Shown here: positions 9,332 to 20,659 of the stretch, piece after piece
Layout: every line of letters begins with the position of its first letter
Numbering within the stretch: the stretch's first letter is position 1
The notes under the pieces: model-generated
Told to the model about the DNA's origin: nothing
Seen by the model: the letters and a program-made list of their open reading frames with translations, nothing else
Database searches by the model: none
Translations under genes and position numbers: made by a program
Source of the DNA: an uncultured Bacteroidales bacterium
Lineage (GTDB): Bacteria; Bacteroidota; Bacteroidia; Bacteroidales; P3
Length of the DNA stretch: 64,000 nt
Assembly: GCA_947168665.1 (NCBI GenBank)
Contig: CAMVMX010000010.1
Coordinates: 37,400-101,399, forward strand
Reading direction: 5' to 3'

Positions 9332-9958
9332 CTATTTCTTGAATGGCCCGAATGCGGACTGCTCTGAGAGTAGGTACCCCGGTTTCTTTCCGAGGTTCCA
9401 ATAGAGTTTGGAGCGGAAACTAAGGATGAAGACTGCGGCAAACCATACGACTGCCAGCACCCAGTCGTACCAGACGAACATCGAGCTGTCGAACACGCCG
9501 CCGAAGAAGTAGCAGCAGGCAATGGCTCCGGCACCCAGCGAGGTGACGAGACCGGCATTGTACAGCGTGCGCAGGCGCACGGGGAAGAGCAAGCAGTGCA
9601 TCACCACCTCGGCGAAGAGGAACATGAAGGCCGCCAGCGTCAAGAAGCGTATGCCCGGCAAGAAGAGCGGCAGCACATAAACCAAAAGCAGGAATCCCCA
9701 GTTGCCGTACATCGAGCTGAGGTTGTTTACGTTCCATTTGGATGGATCCATCTCGTTGCTGCCCATCAGCACCTTCATGCCCATATAGGGGAAGCCACCC
9801 GGCCAGCCGAACTCCTCAAAGAAATGGAGCAGCAGCATCACATTGGCCGCCAGGAGCAGACGTGTGACATCGGCCATCGGCACCAGGATGGCCACCAGAG
9901 CGACCGCACCGGCCAGGAAGACCGAAATGTTGGCCCAGTTGTTGACAATCTTTTTCAT
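9332..9958 (-). CDS. HXXEE domain-containing membrane protein
   Basis: LLLHFFEEFGWPGGFPY contains the HXXEE motif. The start is taken at MKKIVNNWANI (ATG 9958). A candidate -7 box (TACTTTTG) lies upstream near 10015-10030. Confidence 0.65.
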   Translation of the reverse strand: MKKIVNNWANISVFLAGAVALVAILVPMADVTRLLLAANVMLLLHFFEEFGWPGGFPYMGMKVLMGSNEMDPSKWNVNNLSSMYGNWGFLLLVYVLPLFLPGIRFLTLAAFMFLFAEVVMHCLLFPVRLRTLYNAGLVTSLGAGAIACCYFFGGVFDSSMFVWYDWVLAVVWFAAVFILSFRSKLYWNLGKKPGYLLSEQSAFGPFKK

Positions 9959-10127
9959 TTGTATTTTGATTTTGAATTGTTTATATTTTCTCATTGTTTA
10001 TCCAATTTCAAATTGCAAAAGTACAACAGATTTGCCGCTCAACAAAGAGCAAATGGTCGGGGATATTAGGCAAAAAGTATGGTGTCGGAATTATTTCGTA
10101 CCTTTACAGATTATTTTTTGAGTGATT

Positions 10128-10895
10128 ATGGGGCAAAAAGTAGGTATAACTCTATGTACGCGAGGGACTGCGACGCGCATTGTGGGCAGCCGCCTATGCC
10201 GTGTGGAGCCGGGCATGGCGACGGTGGTGACGCCGATGCTGCCGACGGTGGAGGTGGAGCGGAGTGAGGATTACGAGGAATGCGTCATCGTCGAGGAGGC
10301 TGAGCGCATTGTGGGTGAGACGGCGGCGTTTTTTCCAAAGATAATGCCGACAGTGAGCGCGTCGCTGCCCTGCATCAGTCTCGACGCGGATATGGTTCGT
10401 CGCGTCATCGACACGGCCCGCCGCATAGCTGACCGCGAGGCACAACGGCCAGCGTCTGAGATTTTCTGCCAGATGAACGACCGTCTGGTGTCGCTGTTGC
10501 GGATTCAGGCTATACTGGAAGTACTCTACGAGATGGCCTCGGCCGGGCGTCCTGTTGTGGAGAAACCCTCGCGCAGCGAGCAGGTCTTTGAGGGTTTCAT
10601 GCTGTCGCTGTCGCAGCATTATGCCGAGCGGCGCTCAGTGGCGGACTATGCCGCCGAGGCTGCGCTGTCGGTGCGCCATTTCTCGTCGCTTATCCAGCAG
10701 CACACAGGTCAGACTCCGATGCAGTGGATTCATCTCTTCGTCATCGGACAGGCCAAGCACCTGCTGATGCAGAGCGACCTTCAGGTGAAGGAGATAGCCG
10801 ACAGGCTCGGATTCCCCGAGCAGTTCACCTTCCGCAAATACTTCAAGACCCACACCGGCATCTCGCCCACCGAATACCGCAAAGGGAATAAGTAG
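10128..10895 (+). CDS. AraC family transcriptional regulator
   Basis: C-terminal HTH_18 signature: VADYAAEAALSVRHFSSLIQQHTGQTPMQWI...IADRLGFPEQFTFRKYFKTHTGISPTEYRK. Confidence 0.85.
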   Translation: MGQKVGITLCTRGTATRIVGSRLCRVEPGMATVVTPMLPTVEVERSEDYEECVIVEEAERIVGETAAFFPKIMPTVSASLPCISLDADMVRRVIDTARRIADREAQRPASEIFCQMNDRLVSLLRIQAILEVLYEMASAGRPVVEKPSRSEQVFEGFMLSLSQHYAERRSVADYAAEAALSVRHFSSLIQQHTGQTPMQWIHLFVIGQAKHLLMQSDLQVKEIADRLGFPEQFTFRKYFKTHTGISPTEYRKGNK

Positions 10896-10999
10896 TGTCT
10901 GTAGCGTGACGTATTTCAAGCGGACAAGGATATTTCGAAAAAAAGGATGACTCTGTATGAAATCAGTGTCATCCTTGGAACGATTATAGGTGCGCCGCT

Positions 11000-12118
11000 T
11001 CAGACGTGGGCGGCGGGGTCGGGCATGCCCATGTAGGCGTATTCGTAGATCATGTCGCCGTGGGCTTCGCGGGTCTGGCCGCCGGCGGGGGTGAAGCGGA
11101 CTCCGCCCTTGGCGTAGTAGCGGCAGTACTGCATGCGCATGCCGATGGCATCGTAGCGTCGCTTGAGCTCTTCGCCGGCCATCTCGTACATGTCCCAGAA
11201 CTCGAGCTGGTCCTCCCACTCAACATCGAACTCGGCGCGCGAACCGTCGGCGTTGGTGAAGACGTAGTGGCTCTCCTTGGGGAACTCGCGCCCCTGATGC
11301 ACCTCGGGCTCCAGACGGGTCTTGAGGTCGAAGTGGCCGTCGGTCATAAAGACCACCTTGCCAGTCTTGTTGTCCATCAGGCCGAACATGGGCAGCTGCT
11401 TGTAGCCGTACTGGCGGGCGGCGACGAAGTCGTAGATGTAGATGGTGTAGAGGTCGGTGTACATGCGTCCCCACAGCCAGTGGTGGTAGAGGGCAAAGTG
11501 CATCGTGTTCATCCACTGGTGGTCGTGGTAGCCGAGGCCCTTCACCTCGTGCCACTCGCCGTCGTAGAAGATGCGGCCGCTGACCTGGTTTTTGGGCACG
11601 GCGAGGTCGGTGTGATAGAACTCGTCGTTGTCGCCGAAGGCCAGCAAGGATGTGCCCTGGCGGAAGGGCTCGGTGAGGGCGTCGTAGTGCAGGTCGAGAC
11701 CCACGCCGTGGACAGGCTCGAAGTGCAGGTCGTAGTGCTTGAAGTCACCGCGGCACCAGTGGGGACCCACCTTGGTGTCGCATTGCTCGCGGCTGAAGTT
11801 GCCCTCGGCGGCGGGATAGACGATGTCGTCGCGGAACTCCTTGCCTTTAGGACTCTTGACGTAGATGTTCACGTGGGGCGAGTCGACAGTCTTGGTCATG
11901 CCGTCCATCGACTTGGGGCGGTAGCCGACCATAAACTTGGTGCCGTCGTCCATGGTGCCATCGAAGTACCACACCTCGCTGCCCACCTCCTCGGTGTGCG
12001 TGCGGCGTCCGTCTTCCCAAGTCTCCACCTTTTCGGGGTTGATGCCGAGACGTTTGAAATCCTCGGGTTGATCCATCAGTCGTGCGCGGAGCACTTTTGC
12101 TTTGTTTGTGTTTTCCAT
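11000..12118 (-). CDS. CrtC/AttH-like (carotenoid 1,2-hydratase / lipocalin-like) family protein, function unknown
   Basis: EVWYFDGTMDDGTKF and GLGYHDHQWMN resemble hydroxyneurosporene-synthase-family motifs. Start taken at MENTNKAKV (ATG 12118). Confidence 0.5.
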   Translation of the reverse strand: MENTNKAKVLRARLMDQPEDFKRLGINPEKVETWEDGRRTHTEEVGSEVWYFDGTMDDGTKFMVGYRPKSMDGMTKTVDSPHVNIYVKSPKGKEFRDDIVYPAAEGNFSREQCDTKVGPHWCRGDFKHYDLHFEPVHGVGLDLHYDALTEPFRQGTSLLAFGDNDEFYHTDLAVPKNQVSGRIFYDGEWHEVKGLGYHDHQWMNTMHFALYHHWLWGRMYTDLYTIYIYDFVAARQYGYKQLPMFGLMDNKTGKVVFMTDGHFDLKTRLEPEVHQGREFPKESHYVFTNADGSRAEFDVEWEDQLEFWDMYEMAGEELKRRYDAIGMRMQYCRYYAKGGVRFTPAGGQTREAHGDMIYEYAYMGMPDPAAHV

Positions 12119-12263
12119 AACTTGTTGTATTTTAATGTTAAACTTAAATTGATTTCTCTTTGTTTTCACAATGCAAAAGTACTATCAGAAAATGACCTAA
12201 AATACGACTATCCAATGCGAAAATATCCATTTTCTATTTTATACAGTCAATCAAAATAATTAC

Positions 12264-14765
12264 TTATGAAAGCATAAAGTGGAGCCGGTTGTGGACATTG
12301 GCCTCGGAGGTGCCTGAGTCGAAGTCAAGGAAAAGGAGCGAGAGGTTCGGATAGCGTTCTTTGAGGCGCTTCTCGATGCCTTTGGAAATGATGTGGTTGG
12401 CGATACATCCAAAGGGTTGCACACTAACCACCTTGTCGATACCGCTCTCGGCCAGATGGCATATCTCGCCGGGCAGATACCATCCTTCGCCAAAGTTGGC
12501 CGCAGGGTTGACGACCTGCGTCGACAGGCGGTAAATATCGTGGACATCTTCGAACGGACGGTAAAAAGGAAAGGCAGCGCCGACACGGTCGAACTTGCGA
12601 ACCATGTTTTGGATAATGCTTTCGGCACCGCCAAGCAGGCCCGTGGGTACCGCCGGATGGCGTATGTTCAGGCGTTTGTCGGCGTGGACGGTGGCGAAAT
12701 ATTTTAGGAAGAAGGGCGTCAGCGCAGGTGGCACCACCTCGACTCCGTGCTCCATCAGCCAGTCGGCGACGTGCTTGTTGGAGAATGAATTGTATTTGAC
12801 GTAAATCTCGCCCACGAGTCCCACACGCTGCACCTGCTTGTTGCAATCGATGGCACGAGTGAAAGCCTCGACGGCTTCGGCCAGCAGGCGCAGCAGTCCT
12901 CGGCAGTCCTGTGCTGCCACGAGGGGCAGGGCGGCAGCGGTGTAGTGGTCAAAGAGGCGGCGCGCCTCGCCGGTCTTCACCTCGCGTGCAGCGGCGGGAT
13001 AGTAGAGCTTCTGCAAGGTGTCGGCATAGAGCATGGCGTAGAGCGCGATGCGCCATATCTTGAGCCAAGGGATTGAGAACCCGGGCTGATCGTTATGAAG
13101 GTTACCCATAGCCACCGAGATGACCGGCACGTCGGCAAAGCCGTTGCGCACCATGGCGTTCTTGATGAGCGAGTAGTAGTTGCTGGCGCGACATTGCCCA
13201 CCCGTTTGGGTTATGGCCACCGCAGTGTTCTTCAGGTCGTAGCGGCCCGACTTCAGGGCGCGGATGATGCTGCCTACCACGATGGTGGCAGGATAGCAGA
13301 TGTCGTTGTTGGCCTCGCGCAGCCCTTGCTCGGCATCGTCGATATTGCCCATCGGCAGGCACTCCACGCGGTAGCCAATCAGGCCGAACAGTGTAGGCAG
13401 GTACTCCGAATAGCCCTCGGCGAAATAGGGTGCGATGATGGTGCGGCGGCGGTCTTCGGGCATGAAGGGTGCGGTGGTGAATGTTGACGAGGAGGCACTC
13501 TGCTCAGGATGCTGAATGCGTGCTTCTGTGTTTTGGGTGCCGTTCTCCGCTTTGCCCGCAACGCTGGCGGCGCTCTCTACCAGCGAGCGGATGCGCAGTT
13601 TGAGCGAGCCGATGTTGTTGACATCGTCGATTTTGAGCACCGTCAGGTTGCGGTGGTGACGGTCAAGGATGGAACGCACCTCGTCGAGGATGAACGCGTC
13701 GGGGCCGCAACCGAAGGAGGTTAGCTCCACCATGTGCAGGTTGGCATAAGGGTGGCGGCCAGTGAACCAGGCGGCTTTGAAAATCCGATTGGGATATGCC
13801 CACTGGCTGAGGGCGTTGATGTTGCTATAGACGTCGCTGCCGGCATGTGAGGCCACATTCTCGGTGATGACATCGATACCCATATCGGCAATGGCTTGCG
13901 ACACCTTGTGTTCGATGAGTGAGTCGATGTGGTAGGGCCGTGCGGCCAGCAGGATGACCGTGCGGCTGTCGACGATGGCCTGCTGCAGCACCTGCTGCGA
14001 GCGACGCTCCAATTCTGCGAGGTAGCGTTCCTGAGCATCTACGGCTTTGCGCAACGCCTCTTTGGACATGCGCGTCGCCACACCGAGCGTGGCAAGGTAT
14101 TTGGTTATAGACTGCTCGAGCAGTTTGCTGTCTTTGAAGTTGATTACCGGTGCGTCGAGCGGAATGCCATGACGCTCCTCGGGGTTGAGAGCCGCCCGCA
14201 GCACATCGGAGTATCCGCTGACGATAGGGCAGTTGTAGGAATTGCCGCTGGCGCAGTCCTCTTTGCGCTCAAACACAACCCACGGGTACAGGATGCGGTC
14301 CACATGGCGGTCGACGAGGTCGAGTATGTGGCCGTGCATCAGCTTGGCGGGGAAACAGATATTGTCGGCCATCACGCTACGAATGCCTTGCTCGTAAAGT
14401 CGGTTGGTGGAGCTCTTGGATAGCACCACCTCGAAGCCGCACTCCGTCAGCAACGTGCACCAGAAAGGGAAATCCTCGTAGATGCCCAGCCCGCGAGGCA
14501 GGCCGATGCGGATGCCGTTAGGCATGACAGGCTTGGTGGAACGGTTCCATAGCAGGCGGTTTTTCTCGACAAACATGTTGACTCCTTTAGTGCCGGCTTC
14601 GGCGTCCGAGCCGTATATGCGCTCGCATTGGTTGCCGGAGTGGAAAGTGCGGCCGCCGTCGAAGCGGAAGGTCTTGACGGTGCAATGGTTCTCGCAGCCG
14701 GGGCATACCTCGATGCCCCACTCGTAGTGGTTGTTCTTAATTATTTTGTCAAGTGATGTGTTCAT
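12264..14765 (-). CDS. Acyl-CoA dehydratase activase-related protein (DUF2229 / 2-hydroxyacyl-CoA-dehydratase-like, YjiM-type)
   Basis: The start [30 protein letters not shown] at 14765 overlaps the upstream stop as ATGA. Large Cys-rich protein with dehydratase-like repeats. Confidence 0.7.
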   Translation of the reverse strand: MNTSLDKIIKNNHYEWGIEVCPGCENHCTVKTFRFDGGRTFHSGNQCERIYGSDAEAGTKGVNMFVEKNRLLWNRSTKPVMPNGIRIGLPRGLGIYEDFPFWCTLLTECGFEVVLSKSSTNRLYEQGIRSVMADNICFPAKLMHGHILDLVDRHVDRILYPWVVFERKEDCASGNSYNCPIVSGYSDVLRAALNPEERHGIPLDAPVINFKDSKLLEQSITKYLATLGVATRMSKEALRKAVDAQERYLAELERRSQQVLQQAIVDSRTVILLAARPYHIDSLIEHKVSQAIADMGIDVITENVASHAGSDVYSNINALSQWAYPNRIFKAAWFTGRHPYANLHMVELTSFGCGPDAFILDEVRSILDRHHRNLTVLKIDDVNNIGSLKLRIRSLVESAASVAGKAENGTQNTEARIQHPEQSASSSTFTTAPFMPEDRRRTIIAPYFAEGYSEYLPTLFGLIGYRVECLPMGNIDDAEQGLREANNDICYPATIVVGSIIRALKSGRYDLKNTAVAITQTGGQCRASNYYSLIKNAMVRNGFADVPVISVAMGNLHNDQPGFSIPWLKIWRIALYAMLYADTLQKLYYPAAAREVKTGEARRLFDHYTAAALPLVAAQDCRGLLRLLAEAVEAFTRAIDCNKQVQRVGLVGEIYVKYNSFSNKHVADWLMEHGVEVVPPALTPFFLKYFATVHADKRLNIRHPAVPTGLLGGAESIIQNMVRKFDRVGAAFPFYRPFEDVHDIYRLSTQVVNPAANFGEGWYLPGEICHLAESGIDKVVSVQPFGCIANHIISKGIEKRLKERYPNLSLLFLDFDSGTSEANVHNRLHFMLS

Positions 14766-16543
14766 TGTTCGTTGCTTTTGGAGAGTGCATAAAGTGCCGA
14801 TCCGTAAGCACCAGCCAGTTCGGGAATGTCGGAGAAGCGCACCTCGCAGCCCGTCATCTTCTCGAGGGCGCGAGCCACGGAATGGTTTTTGAATGTGCCG
14901 CCCTGGACGACGATATGGTTGCCCAGCTCGTCGGTGCTGTGCATTTTCAGCACCTTGAAAAGGCAGTTTTTCACCACCGAATAGGAGAATCCTGCAGCGA
15001 TGTCGTCGACGCGTGCTCCCTCGTTCATGGCTTGCTTCACCTTCGAGTTCATAAACACTGTGCAACGTGTGCCGAGGTCGTAGGGATGTGGTGCAAAACA
15101 AGCCATACGGGCAAAGTCGGCGACATTGTATCCCAACTGTCCGGCAAAGGTCATAATAAAGCTGCCGCAACCAGAAGAGCAGGCTTCGTTGATTTCGATG
15201 CGGCGTATGCTGCCGTGTTCCACATAGATGGCTTTCATATCCTGGCCACCAATGTCGAGCACAAAACTCACCTCGGGATCGATGGCTTTTGCCGCCGTGA
15301 AGTGCGCCACCGTCTCGACAATGCCGTGGTCGAGAGCGAAGGCTGACTTGAGCAGCCCCTCGCCATAGCCTGTGACTGCCGAGGCTACGATGTTCACTCC
15401 TTGTGGGTTGTCGGCTGCGGCGTGCATCCGCTCCATGGCGCGCTCAAAGGCACGATAACTGTCACCTTCGTTGAAAGAGTAGTCTTTGAAGGCTATACGC
15501 CCTTCGGCGTCAATCAACACCAGCTTGGTGGTGGTGCTGCCCGAGTCGACCCCCAGCCAATAGTCGCCGGCTTCGAAACATTCGCGTAGCGGTGCCTCGT
15601 AGCCGTGCTTGCTTTCCAGCCAGGTGTCGTACTCCTCGTGGCTGGCAAACAGAGAATCCAAAGTTGAACTATTAGTTATGGCTATGGGTTGCGTCCGCGC
15701 AAAACGTTCTGCCAGTTCGTCTATGCCAATGGCTTTTCCGTCGGCTGCCACTGCACATCCCATAGCCGGCACATAGTGCGGATGCTCTGGCACAAAACAG
15801 TCATTGTCGGTCATCCCCAACGCCATCTGCATAGCCTTGCGCATCTGGGGCATAAAGGCAAAGGGTCCGCCACAGAGCAGCACGCGAGGGTTCACATCGA
15901 TGCCGCGTGCCAACGTGGTCATCACCTGTAGCGCCACGGCCCGGAACATCGAGGCGGCAATGTCGGACTTGCCCACACCTCGCGCCAGCAAGTTTTGTAT
16001 GTCGGTTTTCGAAAAAACTCCGCATCGCGAAGCAATGGGGTACACCGTTTGCGAATGTGCTGCCAATGCATCGAGTTCGTCTGTCTCGATGCCCAGCAGC
16101 GTAGCGGTCTGGTCGATGAACGAACCCGTGCCGCCGGCACAGTTGCCGTTCATCCTCATATCGGGCATGCGTCCCTCGTCGAAGAAAATCATCTTGGCGT
16201 CCTCACCGCCCAGATCGATGAGCGTGTGGATGTCGGGATGGAAACGCTTTACGTACGCTCCGGCGGCAATGACCTCTTGCTCGAATGCGATACCCATACG
16301 CTCGGCATAGCCCATACCCACACTGCCGGTCATCCGCACCGCCATCTGGCAGTCGCCGACCTTTTCCTTCATCCGCTCCAAGGCCGCAATGGCCGTTTGT
16401 TCGGGACTGGCATTGTGGCGCCTGTAATCGCAATGGCTAAGCCTGTTGTTTTTGTCCAATAAGCATATCTTCAGAGTTGTAGAGCCTATGTCGATCCCTA
16501 ATTTATATGTGTTGACTTCCATTTTTTTTGCACTGTTTTTCAA
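14762..16543 (-). CDS. Double BcrAD/BadFG-type ATPase (CoA-substrate-specific enzyme activase, HgdC/YjiL-like)
   Basis: Two ASKHA ATPase halves, [11 protein letters not shown]... and [17 protein letters not shown].... The bridging-cluster cysteine contexts are ...[11 protein letters not shown].. and ..[11 protein letters not shown]... Confidence 0.8.
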   Translation of the reverse strand: MKNSAKKMEVNTYKLGIDIGSTTLKICLLDKNNRLSHCDYRRHNASPEQTAIAALERMKEKVGDCQMAVRMTGSVGMGYAERMGIAFEQEVIAAGAYVKRFHPDIHTLIDLGGEDAKMIFFDEGRMPDMRMNGNCAGGTGSFIDQTATLLGIETDELDALAAHSQTVYPIASRCGVFSKTDIQNLLARGVGKSDIAASMFRAVALQVMTTLARGIDVNPRVLLCGGPFAFMPQMRKAMQMALGMTDNDCFVPEHPHYVPAMGCAVAADGKAIGIDELAERFARTQPIAITNSSTLDSLFASHEEYDTWLESKHGYEAPLRECFEAGDYWLGVDSGSTTTKLVLIDAEGRIAFKDYSFNEGDSYRAFERAMERMHAAADNPQGVNIVASAVTGYGEGLLKSAFALDHGIVETVAHFTAAKAIDPEVSFVLDIGGQDMKAIYVEHGSIRRIEINEACSSGCGSFIMTFAGQLGYNVADFARMACFAPHPYDLGTRCTVFMNSKVKQAMNEGARVDDIAAGFSYSVVKNCLFKVLKMHSTDELGNHIVVQGGTFKNHSVARALEKMTGCEVRFSDIPELAGAYGSALYALSKSNEQ

Positions 16544-16664
16544 AATGCAAAAGTACTACCGTTATTCAAAATAAAATATCACTATCCGATGCAAAAATGT
16601 TCATATTCTATTATTGCAATACAATAAAAGGAAAAAGAATACGTTATAAATAAAAATTTTCACA

Positions 16665-17495
16665 ATGAAGATACGCGAGCTTGACAGTAAGAACATCCTC
16701 AACCATCTGGTGCGGCATGGCTATCGCCACTCGGGCGACAATGGCATATTGTATAATGTTTCGCCTGCTGAAGGGGGCGAGTTCTTTCAGCAGGGTGTGC
16801 CCTATCGCCTTGCTGAAGGACGTATTTTGGTTCTGCATCAAGGCTCTGTAGAGGTAGAAATCGATATGCGGACATACACACTTGGTGCCGGCGACCTGGC
16901 AATGCTGCTGCCCGATGCGCTGGTGCTGGTCAACTACATCAGCACCGATGCTCGTGCCAGCGCTTTCCTGTTCCGCCAGATGCCTCAGGTAAAAGGAGAA
17001 ATGGAGAGTTTTGTGGTGAGGGGCGACAGCGTGGCTTTCGCACGCGCAAACCAATACCTGACGATGATTTTCGACCAGTTCGACCGCAATCCGGTCTTCA
17101 CCGACATAATAGTCCATTTCTACGATGCGCTGATACTCGACATGTTCAGCTTGCGGCAGGAGGAACAGTTGTCGCGTGGAGGTGCGTTCATGCATCGTTT
17201 TTTGCATTTGCTCAGCCAGGAGGGACGTGTCAAACACCCCATCGATTTCTATGCTGATCGGTTGTGTGTGTCGACCAACTATATGAGCGCACTTGTCAAG
17301 CGTGAGAGTGGTTTGACCGTCCTCCAGTGGATTGACCGCGCGCTGGTGCGCGAGGCGAAGGTGTTGTTGCACCATACGCAGATGCCCGTTGCCGAGGTGG
17401 CCGAGACGCTGGGCTTCGCCACGCCTTCGTTCTTCATCCGCTTCTTCCGCCAGCAGACAGGGCAGACGCCCTTGCAGTACCGCAAGCAGGGGTAA
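16665..17495 (+). CDS. AraC family transcriptional regulator
   Basis: C-terminal ADRLCVSTNYMSALVKRESGLTVLQWI...VAETLGFATPSFFIRFFRQQTGQTPLQYRK. Divergent from the activase operon. Confidence 0.85.
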   Translation: MKIRELDSKNILNHLVRHGYRHSGDNGILYNVSPAEGGEFFQQGVPYRLAEGRILVLHQGSVEVEIDMRTYTLGAGDLAMLLPDALVLVNYISTDARASAFLFRQMPQVKGEMESFVVRGDSVAFARANQYLTMIFDQFDRNPVFTDIIVHFYDALILDMFSLRQEEQLSRGGAFMHRFLHLLSQEGRVKHPIDFYADRLCVSTNYMSALVKRESGLTVLQWIDRALVREAKVLLHHTQMPVAEVAETLGFATPSFFIRFFRQQTGQTPLQYRKQG

Positions 17496-17615
17496 AGATT
17501 ATGTGTCGCTTTTGGCGGCCAGCCAGCATCCGGCGGTTCCGCTCCGTCCTGCAAGGCTCCGAAAACACTCTTTTCAGCCGTTTTTAAAACAGGTCGGGGT
17601 TAGCACTGGGACGTT

Positions 17616-18779
17616 TTATTTCTTCTTCAATATCTCATGTATCCATTTGTCAAAGTTTGCCCCTGCGGGATATGTGGCTATTGTCTTGTGGTCTGCTCCG
17701 ATGAGGATGGCACGATGGTAGTCTATAGAGAGCACCCGAGTCAGCCCTTTGGCATAGTAGACGTTGTCGGCAAGGCCCAGCGAGTCGGTCAACGCTCGCA
17801 TCAGTTCGGCGTTGTTGCTATTGGGGAATACCATGACGATGTTCTGTATTTGTGGGGCGTATGCGTCGGGGGCGAGAAAATAGTCTTTGCCCATGCCGAA
17901 ATAGGCGTAGTGGAGTAGTGTTGTGCCTTGCATCTGTCGCAGTGTCATGGTGTCGCCTGTGCGGACATTGACCAGCGGGAAGTCCAGCACCGTGTCGTTG
18001 GTTTCTGTATTGGTAGTGCTAACTCGGCTTTGGATGTAAGAGTTTCCCGAAAAGCGGTCATAGTTTGCATACCAGGGAGCATCAAGGTTGAAGATGGAAT
18101 CAATCAATGCTTGACGGCTGTCGAAGCGCACATCACGGATTTCGTACCGGTAGCCACTGCCGTGTTCTATGTCGTCGGCAGCCACAAACATTTCTTTTTC
18201 GCGGTCGTAAAAGAGTGCCAGAGGGTCATCCCGCATCTCGCAGTGGTCGGCGTAACAATGTTTCTGTGTTATCGTGGCTTTTATGCGAAGGCTACCGTCT
18301 GCCATCAGTTTGTAGTGCGACGTCTTTTCCGGTAGGGTCACCATGCACCATTCGCTGTAGGTCGGGTAGTACATAGGGAAATAGTCGATGCCGTACTGCA
18401 GGGTGTTGCACGTCAGTTCATCGTAGAACCGGCTCTCTGTGCTGCCATCGGACAGATTGCGATAGAATGCCACGTCGAAGTCGCGGGAGCATACGTATTT
18501 CGCCCATTGCGGGGTAAGCAAGTTGCATTCGCCGTCGGAACAAAGGCTTGCTATCACCTGCGTCGAGTCGTCAACATTATGTATTACGATGTCGTAGCCA
18601 ATGTTGCTCAGTTCCTTGTTTTTGCCTTCGACCCAATATTTGTCGACATGAAACGAAATCCATTCGTGGCTCATAAACTTGTCCACCGAGACATCGGCGG
18701 CGGTGTATTTGCTTTGTGTGCAAGCGGCGAACATTCCGAGGGAGCACACCATTGTGCTGAGCAAAAACAGTTTCTTCAT
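17616..18779 (-). CDS. Hypothetical lipoprotein
   Basis: MKKLFLLSTMVCSLGMFAAC lipobox. No family recognised. Confidence 0.55.
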   Translation of the reverse strand: MKKLFLLSTMVCSLGMFAACTQSKYTAADVSVDKFMSHEWISFHVDKYWVEGKNKELSNIGYDIVIHNVDDSTQVIASLCSDGECNLLTPQWAKYVCSRDFDVAFYRNLSDGSTESRFYDELTCNTLQYGIDYFPMYYPTYSEWCMVTLPEKTSHYKLMADGSLRIKATITQKHCYADHCEMRDDPLALFYDREKEMFVAADDIEHGSGYRYEIRDVRFDSRQALIDSIFNLDAPWYANYDRFSGNSYIQSRVSTTNTETNDTVLDFPLVNVRTGDTMTLRQMQGTTLLHYAYFGMGKDYFLAPDAYAPQIQNIVMVFPNSNNAELMRALTDSLGLADNVYYAKGLTRVLSIDYHRAILIGADHKTIATYPAGANFDKWIHEILKKK

Positions 18780-19150
18780 ATTGATTGAAATTTTGAGTTT
18801 ACAAAACCATTCATCCGAGCGATGTCAGCTGCATTTGTTGTTTCCATAAAATCTTTATACTTAATAACGTGTCACCGTGAATTTTATTGTGCAGAGGAAC
18901 AGGTTGTATTTGAATCAAAACATTTACGCCCATAATATCACATCCATTTCGCTTTTATTGTCCGATGGCTGCATTTTTTTGGCTCGGCAGTGTGAGCAAG
19001 TTCAAGTTGCCCTCGCTTTGCGAAACCCCGCCTTCGCCCCCAACATTTTTAACAATGCATTCCTCTGTTTCCTCCACTGGCGGTACTTGGGCAAATCCTC
19101 AAACATCGCAGGGAGAGGAACAGAGATTATTTACGCAACCGCCGTCCGGA

Positions 19151-20034
19151 TCAGCTGTCGCTTTTGGCCGCCAACCAGCAGCCTGCGGCCATCACGGCGG
19201 TGGCGACGAGGAAGAGGGGCGTCAGCGGCTCGCCGAGCATTAGGAACGACAGGGCGGCACCGATGAAGGGGGCCAAGGCGTAGTAGGTGCTGGTGCGGGC
19301 GGCGCCGATGGTGCGCTGGGCATAGGATAGCAATAGATGCTCAGACCGTAGGCCACGAAACCGAGCAGCAGCAGGATAGCGATATGTTTGGCCAGCGGGA
19401 AGCCCTCGCCGATGGCCAGCGCGATGCACAACGCCCCGATGCCGGAGCCGAAGCCTTTGACGGTGACTATCTGCATCGGGTCGCGGTCGGCAATCCGGCG
19501 CGTGCAGTTGTTTTCCAGTCCCCAGCAGACGGTGGCGCCGAGCACCAGCAGTGACCCTTTGGAGAAGTGGAACGCCTCGTCCACCGAGCCGCCGTCGAGC
19601 GACAGCAGGATGCTGGCCACAGTGACCAGCCCGATGGCCACCCACAGCCGACGGCCCACCGCCTCGCGGAAGAAGAGTAGTGCGATGAGGGCCGTGGCCA
19701 CAATCTCAAAGTTGTTCAACAGTGCCGTGTTGGCAGCCAGGCAGTCGCGCAGACCATACATCATCAGTATGGGTGCCGCTATGTCAAGCACCACCATCGC
19801 CACGGCGAAGGGCAGGTCTCTCCGTCCGAGCCGTTGTTCCGTCTGCTGTCGGTGGCTGATGCGCCGCCCGATCATCATCGCGCCCATCCCGATGCCCGCA
19901 CCGAGGGAGAGGAACGCCGCCACCATCGTCGGCGGCACCGCCGACAGCAGCATCTTCGACACCGGCGTGCTGACGGCGTAAAGCGCTGCCGCCAGCACCG
20001 CCAACAGGATTGCAGTATTTGTCTTTTGTTTCAT
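19151..20034 (-). pseudogene. EamA/DMT family transporter, frameshifted near 19321-19329
   Basis: Frame A (19240..20034) carries typical EamA helices up to ...GFVAYGLSIYCY. The last helices, YAQRTIGAARTSTYYALAPFIGAALSFLMLGEPLT..., continue in another frame (19151..). A 1-nt indel in the tatcctatg context would rejoin them. Confidence 0.7.
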
Positions 20035-20479
20035 TGTCGTTCAGTAGAGTGACATGTTTGTTTTTTTCTGTTTTCGGCTTCTCGAAATCATTATTCCTTT
20101 TGTGTTAGGCCGTGGAAGTTAAAATTGCGAGATGCTTATTTGTCGGTTATCTCCCAGTACCCAATGTAGCAGCTGTCCTCATAGCGGACATGTGGCATTT
20201 GGGCGATGTAGTGTTTGATGGTCTTTGATGCAACATTACTTTGTTCAGCCTTATAATACTGGGTTTTATTATAATTACACATTCAGGCAATTAGTTATTC
20301 AAGATTTACACATGACGCATCCCATCACTTCATACTTTGATTCCTTTTGCATTTAAATATTTGGCTTTGTTAGAGGTTCGGTGTATGTTTTGTTGACCAC
20401 CCTATCGCGCATACGTTTTAGGTTAGTAAAGTTGCGATAGATGTTTTGGGCTAATTCGAGATAGTTGTCTTCTTGCTTT

Positions 20480-20659
20480 TCATTGATGTAATAATATGGT
20501 TTTATGGAAATGCAATTCGGATGCTCGAATATTGTATTTACCGTTTCCAGCCAATCGTTTACCCCATTGTCCCCAATACCAGTTAATGAAATCTGCGTAG
20601 CTGGTCTTAAGGCCGTGAGCCAAATCGAAGCCGTTGCCTATGAGTACAAGCCTATTCAT
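20480..20659 (-). pseudogene. AbiH-like abortive-infection gene, N-terminal fragment only
   Basis: Manual translation from ATG 20659, which overlaps the hsdR stop: MNRLVLIGNGFDLAHGLKTSYADFINWYWGQW... then TGA at 20480-20482. The LIGNGFDLAHGLKTSY motif is the AbiH N-terminal signature. Downstream frames (to ~20136) are broken. Confidence 0.55.

Noticed and set aside
11006-12259. 417-aa ORF on the plus strand
   Set aside because: It is antisense to the CrtC-like gene. The G/A/V/L-rich composition is typical of the reverse frame of a GC-rich gene. There is no start context or motifs.
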